Notes: a model not told the origin generated them from the letters alone. DNA of 64,000 nucleotides from Anthoceros angustus (GCA_010909165.1 VJWM01000192.1:1-64000), one strand, 5' to 3'; positions 1 through 13,534 are shown, counted from the stretch's first letter. Made by a program: numbers and translations.

Positions 1-421
1 GACACCGAAAATCAGATGGTATGTATTACTCTTGGAGGAGCACCAATATCTGGTCAAGTAAGAAACAACCTACTATAGCTTTGTCAAGCATCAATCGAGT
101 GGTACTAACCTCGGTTCTAAAGACATAGTGTGGTCCAAAGGTTAGTTGAGTGAACTTCACCATCCTCAACTTAAGCCTACATCTTTGTTTAGTGATAGCT
201 GTGGTGCCATTGCACTTGCGAAATCTGCTTTTCATTCTAGAACTAAACATATAGCTGTTGAGTATCACTACATAAGGGAAAAGTTAGAAGATCAAACCAT
301 AAATATTAGTTATGTTCAAACTTTAGACAATGTCGATTTATTAACAAAGTCATTGGGAATTGAGTTACATAGGAAACACATGAAATGTTTGGGTATAATG
401 GACACATGTCCAAACCTTTAA
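1..421 (+). pseudogene. Ty1/copia pol C-terminus (RNase H region), degenerate
   Basis: Translation gives GAPIS(W)SS(K)KQPTIALSS...SDSCGAIALAKS..FHSRTKHIAVEYHYIREKL...DLLTKSL, the typical copia RT/RNase H end. Frameshifts are present upstream of 146. Confidence 0.9.
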
Positions 422-2028
422 CCTAATACTCACCCTAGTAGCCTTAGATTTAAGATAACCTTAAAATCTTAGCCCAAAAATTATTGTCTTACTATTTTTC
501 TGAACATTTTCTTCTATCTCAAAATAGCTTAGGTCATCCCCGCCTTCTTCATAGACGGCCAACATAGAACCTGGAATATTTATATTAAAAATAAAAATAA
601 TATTTAAGCAGTATTTATGTGATTAAAACAATAAATTCCCTTAGCACCAAAGGCACCTCACGGAAAATATGTTTGATATGTCCTGGAAATTCCTCACATG
701 GGAGACTTGCTATTTTTATCATGTGGATGGTAGTTTCCTCACATATATAGGAGTCCGGGACATCTCCTTTTCACTTAAACCTAAGGTGAGTATGTATACT
801 TTATTTTCTGGTCACCTTTTGGTAGAATTCGCTTATAATAGCCCATGTTTTTGTCTTTAATACACTTAGGAAACAAAATGTGCCGCATCAAGCAGAAAAT
901 TTATGCTAGGTTATTGATCCTAAAACTCATATAGAAATTAGGATGCTTAAATCTTGGATAACCCTTATTTAATATATTGCACCTTTCTTTTCACTTCCTT
1001 GTCATATCCTCCCATGCCGTCTCCACCCATCCGCCTCGCAAGCGTCCACACACAAGTGTCGCCTTATCCATCAAGTGTTAGCATCCTTGTAATCCACTTG
1101 TGTCATAGCTTCTTCTTAGAAGCATAAGATGGGCAGCAATCTTTCCTACAAACACTTTTGGCGGTGGGCGGGAGCATCATTGAGAGGGGAGGGGCACCTC
1201 ATCACCTAGGCGCGCTTCCTCCCCTTTGGTGAGCACATCCGAATTGCTTCACAAATGAAGACATGGTGAAATGAAGACATTAAAATGAAGACGCAATCTT
1301 ACGGACGGCTTTCCTCTTCTTGGAGCTGGCCCCCAGGATCCTTAGGCATCTGGTTCAGCTTCATCCTCCGAGGATGAGGTCGGATCAATGACAAATGCGG
1401 AGATTTCTTTGAAAGGTCAGGAAGGACGAGGTCCGGAGGCGAGACTCTTCATCACCGCAGGGACACGAGATGCATCAGGTAGGGGCGCCCCGTCCTTTTG
1501 TTTGGGCGCCAGCGGCGCCGTGAGCGCCCCCTGCGACGCAGACGGGCTGAAGGCGCGCCCACGGCGCGCCGCGCGAGGGCCGGGCAGACACGGGCGCGCG
1601 CCCCCATGGGCGCCTCCGTGCGATTGGGCGCGCTGCGGGTAGCCACCCCTCCCGCCATCGCCATCACCGCATGTACCAACCACCAAGTTGTCGGGATCGC
1701 GTCGTGAAGTTTGAGGAAGAAGGGTATTATCCATTATCCTTTTGATTTTCCTTTTCGGAAATTAGGTATTTTCTGGATTTTCCTCTATATATAAATCCTT
1801 AAATACTTTTAATTAGTTTTAATTCCACCTATTTAAGTTGGGTTATTAGTTTCTCATCTCGCCTCCTTAAGTGGGAGTTATTTTAATAGTGATTATTACT
1901 TTCAGTTTTACCTTAAGTTTTACTTTATGCCTTTAAGTAAAGTTTAGTTAGGGACTAGTTTTTACTAGACTAGTTTTCCTAGACCTCTTTTTGGTCGAAA
2001 ATCACCCCTAGTTCATAGTGAGTGGGAG

Positions 2029-2246
2029 TGATAAAATAGCTTACTATTAGGGCACTCTTCACTAGGGCACCTAGGACTTAATAATTAATTTAGTCCTTAG
2101 GGCTCTAGGTAGTTTCTTTTAGTAGTTATTTAATTGGTTATTACAACCACTTATTGGTTACAACTACCTTGCCTACATAAAGGCATGTACTTTCTATTAT
2201 GAATGTAATGCAACACATATTGCTTGAGCTTGTATGATTCTCATCA
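2029..2246 (+). mobile_element. Putative 3' LTR of the copia element (TGATA...CATCA)
   Basis: A purine tract GAGTGGGAG lies immediately before TG at 2029. The segment ends in CA at 2246, exactly where similarity to the uninterrupted TFIIB copy (27639 onward, ACTC..GCTTGAAAG) begins. Confidence 0.6.
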
Positions 2247-2952
2247 ACTCCAGCTTGAAAGGAAACTCGCACTTTCCTTGCGCATTTCGAGCACTGGAAC
2301 AAGCAGTGCTGCAAAATCCTTGTCTTGGGATAGCTTTGGACGGCCAGGCGCAGTTTCCTTGGGTGCCACTCGTCATGCACGCCCTCATTTCTAGGAGGTC
2401 CACCCAACAACCCCACAGTCAAGGCTATAGGTCAGTACCCAAAGCCTCGTGGATTTCTTGCATTGACCGAGGAGTCCTTTCTTCTTTACAAGCCGCATTA
2501 CATAGCAGCAGACCACCGTCTCTTCACAACTCCCTTTTCTCAAGACCCTGCCTTCTTGTACAAGGAACTTGCCAATACTGCGTGTTGTGCACAATTCTCA
2601 TTCTTCTGCGAGCTCTGAAATCCTATCAAAGCGGATGCTCCTATTGCTGCGTCATGAGTGGGAACCCGTGCGTTCGTGTTCCGCGATTGTGGATGCAACC
2701 CATTTTTCCTTTACTTTGTAGTGCGGATGCAAGTAGTTGAAGCCAGCGTAGTCGACAACCGTGTCCGTGTCGTGGGGCGTCCCACACAGCTCCTTCTCCT
2801 CGTGCTTCGTGTCATTATCGAACTTCCTATATTCCAAGGGTTTCGTCGATCGTTCTTCTAACACTAGACCGCACCTGTGCAAATCATCTCCAGGACTTCT
2901 TGTCCTCATAAATCTCTGTCTTTATCTTGCACTCTAGACATTTCAGCTCCAT
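2247..2952 (-). pseudogene. TFIIB-like gene, copy 1 (intronless, 3'-truncated by the copia insertion, frameshifted)
   Basis: From ATG 2952: MELKCLECKIKTEIYEDKK..GD..RCGLVLEER..LEYRKFDND (Zn ribbon plus B-reader), then first cyclin-repeat residues (LASSLYKK...CKEERTPRSMQEI). Direct repeat of 27639-28329. Confidence 0.8.
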
Positions 2953-3140
2953 ATTCTCATGGTGTCAGATAATTAAAAAGTGGAATGTAGCCTTGAAATC
3001 GTTAACCCACGAGGGCTTTGGACAATGGAGTGACTAAGCACAATGATTGTTTTCAAGCGATAAAGTTCGGTGACCTTGAACCTTGACACCTTACGAGGGC
3101 TTGTCCAATGTTTATGAATATATGTAAGTCGCATCCCTCA

Positions 3141-3148
3141 TTTATATA
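3141..3148 (-). promoter_or_regulatory. Candidate TATA box (TATATAAA) of TFIIB-like copy 1; equivalent site at 28522-28529 for copy 2
   Basis: TATATAAA on the minus strand ~190 bp upstream of the ATG, conserved in both copies. Confidence 0.4.
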
Positions 3149-3408
3149 CCCAAGTTTTCCTTGGCCCTTGGGAATCTCGTGGAATTTTGCATCCAAAACC
3201 CCTAATTACCATGGGCCAAGGAACAATCATCCTTAGTTTCGTCATCCCCTTTTTTCCCCTTAAATTCGCCCTTACTTCCTTGAGAGGTTGATTCCGTCCT
3301 TGGAATTTGGCCTCTTTCCACAAAGTTCTTCTTTCAGGCAATAAGGACGCCAGAGTCCTTCTTCTGCGCCCTCAGGGCCGGGAGTCCCGTCCTATTGGCG
3401 CCTCGGCG

Positions 3409-6400
3409 CAACGTAAAGTTTGGGCAGCCCGGTCAAAGCGGCCAAAGGGCCGAACAAGTTTGATCTTTTGGCTAAGAGCGATTGAAGAGGAACATGCCGG
3501 GAAAATTTCGAGAATCTTAAAAGTGGCGTAGTAAGATATTGATTAGAAGGCAAAGAGGATATTCGAGAAGAAAAGCAGGTCAAAATGACTCCACGAGGCG
3601 GGAAGGCAGTCCAGAAAGGTTGGTAGAGGCATGGACTACCCACCATAGGTCGCCACACCACGGTAGCTGAGAAAAGGTCTGAGACCACCCATGTGGTGGC
3701 GGACTACAGTAGGCTGGCGAGTTCGGCCGAAAGGGGAATTAGTATAGGGGATATCCACTATATATGCTCCTGTGGGAAATATATAAATAGGACTAATTAG
3801 GAAACAGTTAGAGGTAGTAATCAAAATGTAGGCGGTAGGTAATTGAGATAGGATTAGGTATTTGAGAATGATGAACTCAATCTAGGGTTATCCTCCGGTG
3901 GCAGCCATCCCAGGAAGGCAAAGTCAGTTTGAAGCGCCAACTTTCTCGAGTTGGACGTCCACACTCCACGAAGGTGGGGCGGAGCTGGCGAAGCGCAAAG
4001 GAGGAAGGCTACCATCCGTCGCCCACTACTTAGCACGGGAAGGAAGGCGGTAGGAGAGGAGCTGTGTGTATGTTGAAGGCTAGGAGGAGCCCTAACGCTA
4101 GCAAGAGGAAAGGAAAGAGGTGGAGGAGAGGCGTCATGTGGGCGTGAAGGCACCAAGGGCATGGAGAGACAGGAAGGGCCGACGTTGGAGTAGGAGCACC
4201 AGGGTGGCCAGCGGTGAGGTTGAAAGCACGCGGCGTGAGAGGCGGATTGCGGAGGCGCCCTTGAAGGGAGGCGAAGGAGTAATTTGCAGATCGAGGAGGC
4301 CCGTGAGTGCGTTGCCGTTGTGTTTTGTGGGGTTCGGTTGCGGTGAGAAGGAGAAGCACTTGGGAGCAAGCTCGAGGTTGCGGTCTCAAATTGGGAGTAG
4401 TCTCTTCTACACCTTTAGAACACTTGGGGAGGAAAACGCCATGCGAGCGAGAAGGGGGAAGGAACCTTTAAGGGCTCTTCCTCGAGGAGGAAAGGAAGAA
4501 GGCGAGGCTGCGCGCCCGAGGAGGCGAGGTCGAGATGCCCCAATTCACTTGCTTTTGGGCAACAACCTGTTTGGTTGATTTTCGGCAATGGGCGGAGGAG
4601 GAGAACATCCAATTGGGATGGGTGTATGGCCGCCAATGGGCCTACACCAATTTGGAGTTGATTGAGGAGTGCTTCATCAATCTCCATCAATCAGAGGCAG
4701 CCCTCGGCGTTAGGAAGAATGCTGACGGATCCCTCCTTTGGGACCGTAAGGAGCATTCGTCAGGTGTATGGAAGGCCGGAGGAAGAGAGCTCCGGAATCT
4801 CGCTTCTCGAGAGGACAACAGGAGGGAAGAGGATTGCCCTCTCAGACATTCCACAAGAAGTCCTCGACATGATGGACGGAGGGGTGAAAGCCCATGCCAA
4901 GAATGGCTGGAAGACGGATAGCATCAAGGAGCTGAAGTGGAGGCTCTTTGCAAAAATTGTGTTGGGGTTGGTAAACTATCAGCGGACCTCTTACTTTGGC
5001 ACCAACTTCCTACAGTTTTTATGGAAGATTTCAAGGGGAGCCAAGCCAGATTGGGGCACTATCATGTATGAGGCCTACATCCACCACCGGGAGAGACTCC
5101 TCAAGCCGAATTGATTGGATGAGGAAGGAGGCCTTATCTTAGCACCTATTTGGTGCATTTGTGGGAGACCGAGGGGCTTCTCACAAGCAAGGAGTTAGAA
5201 GATGCTTGGCATCCTTCGGAGATAATCCATCTCCAGCCAAGCTTGGAAAGGCCCTTGCCTTTTGCATTAAGGAAGACAGTGGGAGGTCAGACCTCCGCAA
5301 GCGTGCCAGGGCCAAGGAAGGAAGATGTGGAAGCAACAAAGTTGCTGGAGTGGGAAGATTTTCCGCCACAGGAGCCAGGCGGAAGAGAAGAACAAGAATC
5401 GGAAGAGGCCGATTGGTGGTGTATGAGAGGAGAACCACCACAGGAGTGGTGACAGTCCCGAGGGTGGGGGGAGTCCCCACCATCTCATTTGTGCCTAGCG
5501 AAGAGGCACCACCCGGGGCAGCCTACCAAGGGTGGGCGGACTACCGTGGTGGGTAATCGACTACGGTAGGTAGGCAACTACCATGATGGGCTACCACCAT
5601 GGCGGGCACACCCGCGTGGCGAGCACCCCACGGGTAGGGAAGGGAAGGAAAGGGGCAGCGCGCAGTGGCCGGCCGCCCGCCACTGGTGGGAGGCGGATGG
5701 AGTGGCGGTGAGGGACCCGCGCCGCGCGATGGCCGAAACAGGAGAGCTGGAAATTTCCAAGAAGCAGGAGGGTGGAATTAGGACCCTAGGAGAATTCTTG
5801 GGTGCTTGTGAAGCACTCGGCCGTGTGGATTTGAAAGGGCTAGAGCTAGCAGCTTCCTTGTGGGCATGCCAAGGAGGCGAAATCTCAAGACATGGGCGGG
5901 AAGGAAGCAGTGGCGGTTGGAAGCCATGGAGTCAAGCGAAAGGCAGCCAAGTTAGAGAAGGTACGTGGAAGCTCCAGTAGCGACCTCGTGGAAACGGTGG
6001 CCGGAAAGTCCTGGAAGGAAAGTTGTCATGAGGAGGAAAGCCATTGGGCAACAACCCAAAAGGACTCTTGGAGGCAAAAGGCGGAAGAGCATTTTGCCCA
6101 ATTGGAGCAAGAAAGAAAGAGTAAGGCACAGGCACTAGGAAGGGAAAAGCAGGCGACTCAGCAAGTGACCGCACAAGAGCAGGTAGTGGCTACTCAAGCC
6201 ATCAAAATCCGGGACATGGGAGAGGAATTGAGAAGGACCCGGTATAATTTGGAGGAGAAGCGGCAGCAAGCACAAGACCAGCAATTGCGAGAGGCTAAAA
6301 GAATGCTTAGCGGAGAAGGAGGCTTGCCACAATTAGCGGACTGGAGCGAAGGAGGTCCCGGAGGAGGAGCACCACAAGAAGGTGGTGCATGGATCTTTGG

Positions 6401-7085
6401 TGGTGAGAAGATTTTGGCGATTATGCCCTTGATGAGCTAGCCAACCCAGTGGGGAGTAAGGAGGAGAATGTAACCCTCCATGTGAAGGTGGGGAATTAAC
6501 CATGAGATGCCTACAAGGTAGGTGCGAGATGGAGAGTGGCCCGAGTTGATGATCTCCAAATGCAATATCATAGCTTGGGGCTCACCTCCACAAAGTGAAG
6601 GCCAACAATGAGGTGTTGCGTTTGGCCAAGAGGAGGACAATTGGTCCTCATGATGATGATCTGAGGAGCTGCAACAAGCGCGGCCGAGGCCTCAGTTTTG
6701 ATGAGGGCCACTCGGTGACATGGACTCCAGAATGCAGGAGTCGGGAGACAGGAGGCGGCCGTGGCACCAAGGGTGGGAGGCAGTGGCGAGGAGGAGGCAG
6801 CCCGCCTCACCAAGGGGTCACCACCACGGTGACCACCTACCGCAGTGATGCCCGGACTACCGTGAGTGGCTCACCTCGCGGTGTCGCGGACTCACGGGGG
6901 TGAACAGGCCATGGGCACACTGTTGGGGAGTCAGGCGCGGGCTGGTGGAGGATAGAAGGGGATGGGCAACACGCCACGGAAGAGGAGGCAGGCGGTGGAG
7001 GGAGCAACTCACCAGGAGGAGGCAGGACGAGAGTCCGACCGTCGAAGGAGCGGAAGGGTGAATTCCCTTACCCGAATAAGGAGGA
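3409..7085 (+). repeat. 5' LTR, first part (equivalent to ~19940-23185)
   Basis: Colinear similarity starting AAAGTTTGGGCA...GGCTAAGAGCGATTGAAGAGGAACATGCC. The terminal TGTGG is missing in this copy. Confidence 0.8.
4441..6440 (+). pseudogene. LTR-borne accessory ORF (Athila env-like / putative plant transposon protein domain plus coiled coil), frameshifted
   Basis: Joined frames read WVYGRQWAYTNLELIEECFINL...KPDWGTIMYEAY...YLSTYLVHLWETEGLL, followed by an E/Q/K-rich coiled coil. The same peptides recur at 20779-22590 (+) and 9980-11905 (-). Confidence 0.6.
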
Positions 7086-7089
7086 GCCG

Positions 7090-7770
7090 TCGCCAAATTC
7101 ATGTAATCGCGGTCTCGGGATTGGGTCGATGCCTCTTCCATTGCAGGCCTCGGTGAACGACCCCTGAGTCGTCTTTGGTGTCCTCGCGCCACCCCGTACA
7201 CAGGATCCCCATTTTATGTCCCAATTCCTTACATACCTGGCAAAAGGAAGGTGGAAGCGGAGTTCGATTTCCTCAACGACTCCAGTGTGACATCCGGAAT
7301 TGTGGAGGAGGGGTACGAAGGAGAGATGAGTGCGGATGAAGGGTTGATGGTGGCCAGGGTGACCACCAGATCGGACCGTCGAGAGAAGGGCCGAAGTGCG
7401 GAGAGACGGCGTGAGCAAGAGGAAAGAAAGCGGAGGAAGGTGAGGGACGACTCACCTTGGCCTCCCGAGGCAGCGTTGGTGTGGCCGGAGGAGGCGGACT
7501 CACCAAGCAGGCGGGTGGCGGACTACCGGGTAGTCGGCACCCCTACGGGGTAGGCGTGAGACTGATAGGGGCGAAGAAGGGCCAAAGGAAGGGGAGGAGC
7601 AGTGCGTTCCCTCCGACATTAACGCCGGCGGCGTCTTGGAGGATGAGCTAAGCAGGCTCACCCGACCAGGAAGGTGGAGTCGCGGAGCCGAGGGGTGAGG
7701 ATCCGGCAGTGCAGGATCCCGCAGAAGGAGGGAACATGGAATCAGCTTTACCAATAAGGTCGGAATCGAC
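7090..7770 (+). mobile_element. Fragment of the gag/pol linker from a related gypsy element
   Basis: Encodes LMVARVTTRS followed by a charged stretch. Shares ACCAATAAGGTCGG with ~15827-15840 of the main element. Confidence 0.45.
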
Positions 7771-7772
7771 CC

Positions 7773-10700
7773 GGTGGTAGTGAGAATCCAGGCACTCCCG
7801 AGGTCCTCCCACTATAAGCGGCCACACTTATCCCATCGCCCGTGCGTTGGGTTTCGTCCCATGAGACTTGTGTGAAAGTTCGAGGCCTTGTGGTCACCAA
7901 TCACCCACAACTCACCCTTCTCAACAAGCAAGGCGCCACTACTCCTCTCAAGCACCACACTTGCACCGCTCAAAAAATCGCCAACCTCCGACCCACAACG
8001 ACACAAAACAATTGGTCCCGCCTCAAGAAGAAGAGCCTGTGGACCCCCGTTCACGCGATTCGTCCCTACTTAAGACCAAACGACCTACAACGACACAACA
8101 CAATTGGTGTCCCGCCTCAAAGAAGAGCCTACGGCGGGACCCCCGGTTCACACCGCGATTTTTACTACTCTTCTCCACCTGTGGAGCGCTGCTTACTTGC
8201 AGATTTGGGATTCCCTTAGGCTCGCCTGTGGCCTTCCACTAACACCTACACCTCTAATCCTCTACTCATCTTCTCATCTCCTCATCCTCTTCCTCCTAGT
8301 CTAACTCGCCATCGGGTTTCGACTGCCCTTACGCACAACCGCCTGGGTCCGCCTCCACCAGCAAGAAGTTCTTCCTTGGGCGGTTGCTATGAGTTTGACA
8401 CTGACAATGAGAACCTCCGGAGTCTTTCCTGTAGTCTACCCTCAAGCCGAGAGTTCTCCGGCATTTGCCACACACCCAAAGCAAAGCAATTTCAGAACCA
8501 TTCACAAGGGAGCAACTCGTTAGGCACTTGCATGAGCAAGTCCTCCACCAAGCACTCCGACCACCGCGACTTCCTCTACTGACTGGTTGGCTCACGCACA
8601 CGAAATTCCTCTGAATGGCAAAGGACTCGGTGAGCGTGGAAGCGCAAGACATGATACTTTACTTTGTGAAATCCTCCTCCTCTTATAGGAGGCCTTCCAC
8701 ATACAACCTCCCTTGGGTGACCCTCCGCAGTCACCTTTTCCAATATTCTATTATTTCCTACCGCCAAAGATTTAATGTCCGCACCTAAGTCTATTGTCCA
8801 TTTCTTGGTAAATCCTATTCTAGCAACTTCACCTAAGTCTATCCTCGAAGGATGTCGATTACATCACCGTCCTTCCCCTAGCATTTATGGCCCTTGACCA
8901 TATCTAGTCTTCACCTCACTGGGTAGGGACGTGTCCGTGGTGGATTGGCTCCTCGCCTCCTTTTGCTCTTGCCCTTCCTGCCTTTGTCCGCTTCCTAATG
9001 TGTGGGGCAAGTACAATCTTGCCCTTCCTCCATCTCCGCGGGCGGCTGATTCCTCGCCCTCCAGAATCGCGCTTCCCGCGCACCTAGGCGCCTTCCTCCA
9101 TCTCTCCGCCTGTCGCGATCTCATTCGCACTACCGCGTAGTCGCGATCATCGGGTAGGTCACACCTACCATCGTGGTAGTCCGCCCCTAGCTCCTTCTCT
9201 TCCCTTTCTCCGCTCGTGAGGGTTTCTTGGGTCGATCTTCATCTTTTGCCTTGCCCGATTTGTCCATACCTATCATAGAGCACCTTCATCCCCATCCGCC
9301 CACCATGGATTTCCGCCTAATCTCTCGGGCCCTTTTGCGTTGGACTCCTCCTCGGGTCCCGCCTCCCTTACTGGGATAAGGGATTCCTCCCCTTCGTCCT
9401 CCACGGTCGGACCTCCCTTAGTTTCCTCCGGGGTTGTCTCTCCCACCACCCCGCCTCCTTAGGGGTATACACCCCGGCCTTTCCATCTTGTTGGGCTCGC
9501 GTCCCAACTCCCCAACCGCCGTGCCTGGGGCTGCTACCCCAGAGTCCGCATCACCGGCAGTGTGGCGTCACGTAGTCCGGACACCGTGGTAGGGTGGTCA
9601 CCCACCGAGGTAGGTGACCGAGGGTGGCTCTCCTCCTTGCCTCCGCCACCGCCCGATCCGTGTCGCGGCTCCTTCACTCCCGACTCCTCGATTCCTCTGA
9701 GTCCATTTCGATGGCCTCATCAAAATCGGAGGCCTCGCTGCACTTGTTGCGCTCCTTCTCATCATCATGAGGACCCAATGTCCTCCTTTGGCCAACCGTA
9801 AGACTTCGTTGTTGGCCTTCAAGATCTGTGTGGAGGTGAGCCCCAAGTTGTGATGCATTTGGAGATCATCAATCTCCGTGGGCCACTCTCCATCCTCGCA
9901 CCTACCTTGTAGGCATCTCTTGAGGTGGTTAATTCTCCCACCTTCACATGGAGGTTACATTCTCCTCCCTCACTTCCTTTAGGGCTGGCTGGCCAATTTT
10001 GCCTCAAGGGCATAGTCCGCCCAAAATCGCCGCCTCACTACCAAGATTCTGCACCACCTTCTTGTGGCGCCTCCTCTGAGACCTCCTTTGTTCCGTGTCC
10101 AATTCTTGGCAAGCCCTCTTTCTCCGCTTGCCAAGCATTTTTCGGCCCACCCCGGTCTTGTGCTTCTGCCCGCTCGCTCCTCTTCCAAATTGTACCGGGG
10201 TCCTTCTCAACTCCTCTCCCATATCCCGGATTTTGATAGCTTGAGTAGCCATCACCGCTCATGTGCGGCCACTTGCCGAGTTGCTCCTTTCCTAGTGCCT
10301 CACCTTGCTTTTCCTTGCTCAGTTGGGCAAAATGCTCTCCGCCTTTTGCCTCCAAGAATCCTTTGGGTTGTTGCGAATGGCTCTTTCTTCACTTGTGACA
10401 ACTTCCCTGTGGCTTTCTCCGGCGCTGTTTCTATGAGGTCGCTGGAGCTTCTCCACACCCTTTTCCAATTTGGCTGCTTTTCATCGGACTCCATGGCTTC
10501 CAATTGCCACTTAGTCCCCGCCTTTCTTCCCATGTCTTGAGATTTCACTTCCTCTTGGCATGCCCACAAGGAGGCTGCTAGGTCCCTAGCCCCTTCAAAT
10601 CACAGCTGAGTGCTTCACAAGCCGGCAATTCTCCTAGGGTCCTAATTCCACCCCTCACTTTCTTCTTGAAATCTCAAATCTCCTGCCTCGGGCCATCGTG

Positions 10701-11990
10701 GCGGCGGGCCTTCCGTCGCTCCATCCGCTCTCCCACCGGTAGCGGAGATGGTGGCCTCGGCCTCGCGGCTTCTCCTTCCCTTCCCTTCCACCGGCTGTTG
10801 CTGGCGTGGGGTGCCTGCCTGTGGTGGGCTCCCTGTGATGATCGCCTACCATGGTGGGGTCCTAGCCACCCTTGGGTGGGCCTCCCTCCCAGGTGAGTCT
10901 GGGGGTGCCTCTCTCGGGGCACAAAGGAGATGGTGGGGACTCCCCACTCTGGGGTCACCCCTCACGTAGTCCTTCTCTCATAGACCACCATTCGGCCTTC
11001 CTCGGCTGCCTTCCCTTGCTTGCTCTGGGGAAAGGATTCCTCGGCAACCTTGTTGCCTCCATCTCTCCTCTTGCTTCTAGCATGCTTGTGGAGTCGACCT
11101 CCCACGTCTTCAATGCAAAGGCAAAGGCCTTTCAAACCTCGGTGGAGATGGATGACCTCAAAGGGATGCCATGCATCTTCAAGCTCCTTGCTTGTGAGAA
11201 GTCCCTCGGTTTCCCATAAATGCACCAAATAGGTGCTAAGGTAGCGAGGGCCTTGGCCTTCCTCATCCACAATTTGGCTTGAGGAGCTTCTCTCGATGGT
11301 GGATATGCGCTTCATACATGATAGTCCCCAATCCCTTGGCTCCCATGGAAATCTTCCACAAAATTGGAGGAAGTTGGTCTTTGAAATAAGAAGTGCGTTG
11401 GTAATTACCAACCCAGCACAATCTTGCGAGCCTCCACTTGACTCCTTGATGCTCTCGGTCTTCCAGCCATTCTTGGCGTGGGCTTCACTCCTCCATCCAT
11501 CATGTCGAGGAACTCTGCGGGATGTCGGAGAGGTGTCCTCTTCCCTCCATTCGACCTTTCGAGAGCAATTCGAGCTCTCTTCCTCGGTCTCCATACACAG
11601 CCGCGAATCCACGGTGTGGATCCGTTCAGCATTCCTTCGGTAGCGGCGGGCGCTTCCGATTGATGGAGGTTGATGTAACACTCCTCAATCAATTCCAAAT
11701 TGTAGGCCCATTGGCGGCCATACACCCATCCCAAGTTGGATGTTCTCCTCCTCGCCCTTCGAAATCACTAAATCACGGGGTTGAGCCCACAAAACAGTGA
11801 ATTGGGGCATCAGCTCACCCCTGGCGCTCCCGCCTTCTTTCCTTTCCTCCTCGCGAGGAAGAGCCCTTGCGGTGGCTCCTTCCCTTGCCTTTCCAGTAGC
11901 GGCATGGCACCTTCCTTACTTCCAGCAGAATTACTTTCCAATTCAGTTGTGCTCCAAGCTTCACTCCAAGCACTCCTTCCTTGTCACTGA
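7773..11990 (-). repeat. Inverted, 5'-truncated copy of the same LTR
   Basis: Reverse complement matches ~20700-24630, for example CACTCCCGAGGTCCTCCCACTATAAGCGGCCACACTTATCCC versus GGGATAAGTGTGGCCGCTTATAGTGGGAGGACCTCGGG. Confidence 0.85.
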
Positions 11991-12069
11991 GCAACACCCA
12001 ACACGGGAGCCAAGTCTGGCGTTAGCCACAGTGCGAACCTTCGGTGCAATTTCTCCTTAGCGATTTCTC

Positions 12070-13531
12070 CTCCCGGGGCAAGGCGGTAGAGTGCCCGGCA
12101 GGGGAGTCCGGCCACGAAAAGGCTCAGATTAGGAAGGAGATCCGCATGGTGGGGCAAATGGGGATGAAGGCTCTTTTAGGATGCTCTATGGTAGGTATGG
12201 ACAAATCAAACAGAAGGCAAAGAGCAATGGAGATCTTGACCCAGGAAACCCTCACCGACGCGGAGAAGGAAGGAAGGAAGGGAGATAAGGACCAGACTAC
12301 CACATAGGTAGTCTGCCTACATGGTCGCGGACTACCGCGGTATGCGATGAGCAGGCGCGACCGACGGAGGCGAGAAAAGCGCTAGGTCTTGGGGGCGATT
12401 CTGGAGACTGCGCCCAGAGAGGAAGGCGGATTGTACTTGCCCCACACATTAGGAAGGCGACAAGATGGGAAGGGGCAGAGCAAAGGAGGCGAGGAGCCAA
12501 TCCACCAGACATGTCCACCCTACAAGATAAGGAATGGTCAAGACCATAAGTGCGTTTGGAGGAATAGGAAGAATAGGGGATGTAGACTAACATCCTTTAA
12601 GGATGATCTTGGGTGAAGTTACTGAATTTACTTGGAATCAGACAATAAACTTAGGTGCCAAACATTAAATGCTGGCGGTAGGAAATAATAGAAAGTTGGA
12701 AAAGGTGACTTGCAGTCGGGTCACCCAAGGGAGGTTGTATGTGGGAAGTCTCCTATAAGAGGAGGAGGATTTCACGAAGTAAAGTATCATGTCTTGCGCT
12801 TCCACCCTCACCGAGTCCTTTGCCATTACAGAGGAATTTCGTGTTTTGTGAGCCAACATGTCTAGAGAGGAAGTCGCGGTGGTGTGCTTGGTGGAGGACT
12901 TGCTCACGCAAGTGCCTAAACGAGTTGCTCCCCTTGTGAATGGTTGTTGTGGTGCTTTGGGTGTGTGGCAAATGCCAGAACTCTCGGGAACAGGAAAGAC
13001 TCACTCTCGGATGGTGTCAAACTCATAGCCGCCCAAGGAAGAACTTGCTGGTGGAGGCGACCCAGGCGGTTGTGCCGTAAGGGCGAGTCGAAGCGAATCG
13101 AGGTTAGAATAGGAGGAAGAGGATGAGGAGATGAGTAGAGGATTAGAGGTGAGGTTAGTGGAAGGCCACAGCGAGCCTAAGGGGCCGAATCCCAAATCAA
13201 GTAAGAGCTCCACAGGTGGAGAGTGGTCTTAGAAGTAGGGAAATCGCGGTGTGGATCGGGGGTCCTGGCCGTGATAGGCTCCCTGCTGAGGGACCTGCAA
13301 TTGTTTTGTGTCGTTGTGGGTCGAGGATTGGCGATTTTTGAGCGGTGCAAGAGTGCACTGTAAGAGGAGAGTAGAGGCGCCTTTGAGAAGGGTGTTTGAG
13401 GTGTGATCGGTGATCACAAGACCTCGAACTTTCACACAAGTCTCATGGGACGAAACCCAACGTCTGCGACGTGGGATAAGTGTGGCCGCTATAGTGGGAG
13501 GACCTCGGGAGTGCCCGGTTTTCCTACCACA
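12070..13531 (+). repeat. 5' LTR, second part (equivalent to ~23185-24633), ends CCTACCACA
   Basis: Colinear with the distal part of the 3' LTR and directly followed by the PBS. Confidence 0.8.
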
Positions 13532-13534
13532 TTT

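Noticed and set aside
2247-3408. Idea that TFIIB is cargo of the retrotransposon LTR
   Set aside because: The empty-site copy at 28781-28830 shows that the TFIIB unit is the insertion target and lies outside TGTGG...CCACA.
3409-13531. DIRS-like or split-repeat element suggested by the inverted repeats
   Set aside because: A DDE integrase, PBS and PPT are present and no tyrosine recombinase was seen. A rearranged gypsy element explains the pattern.
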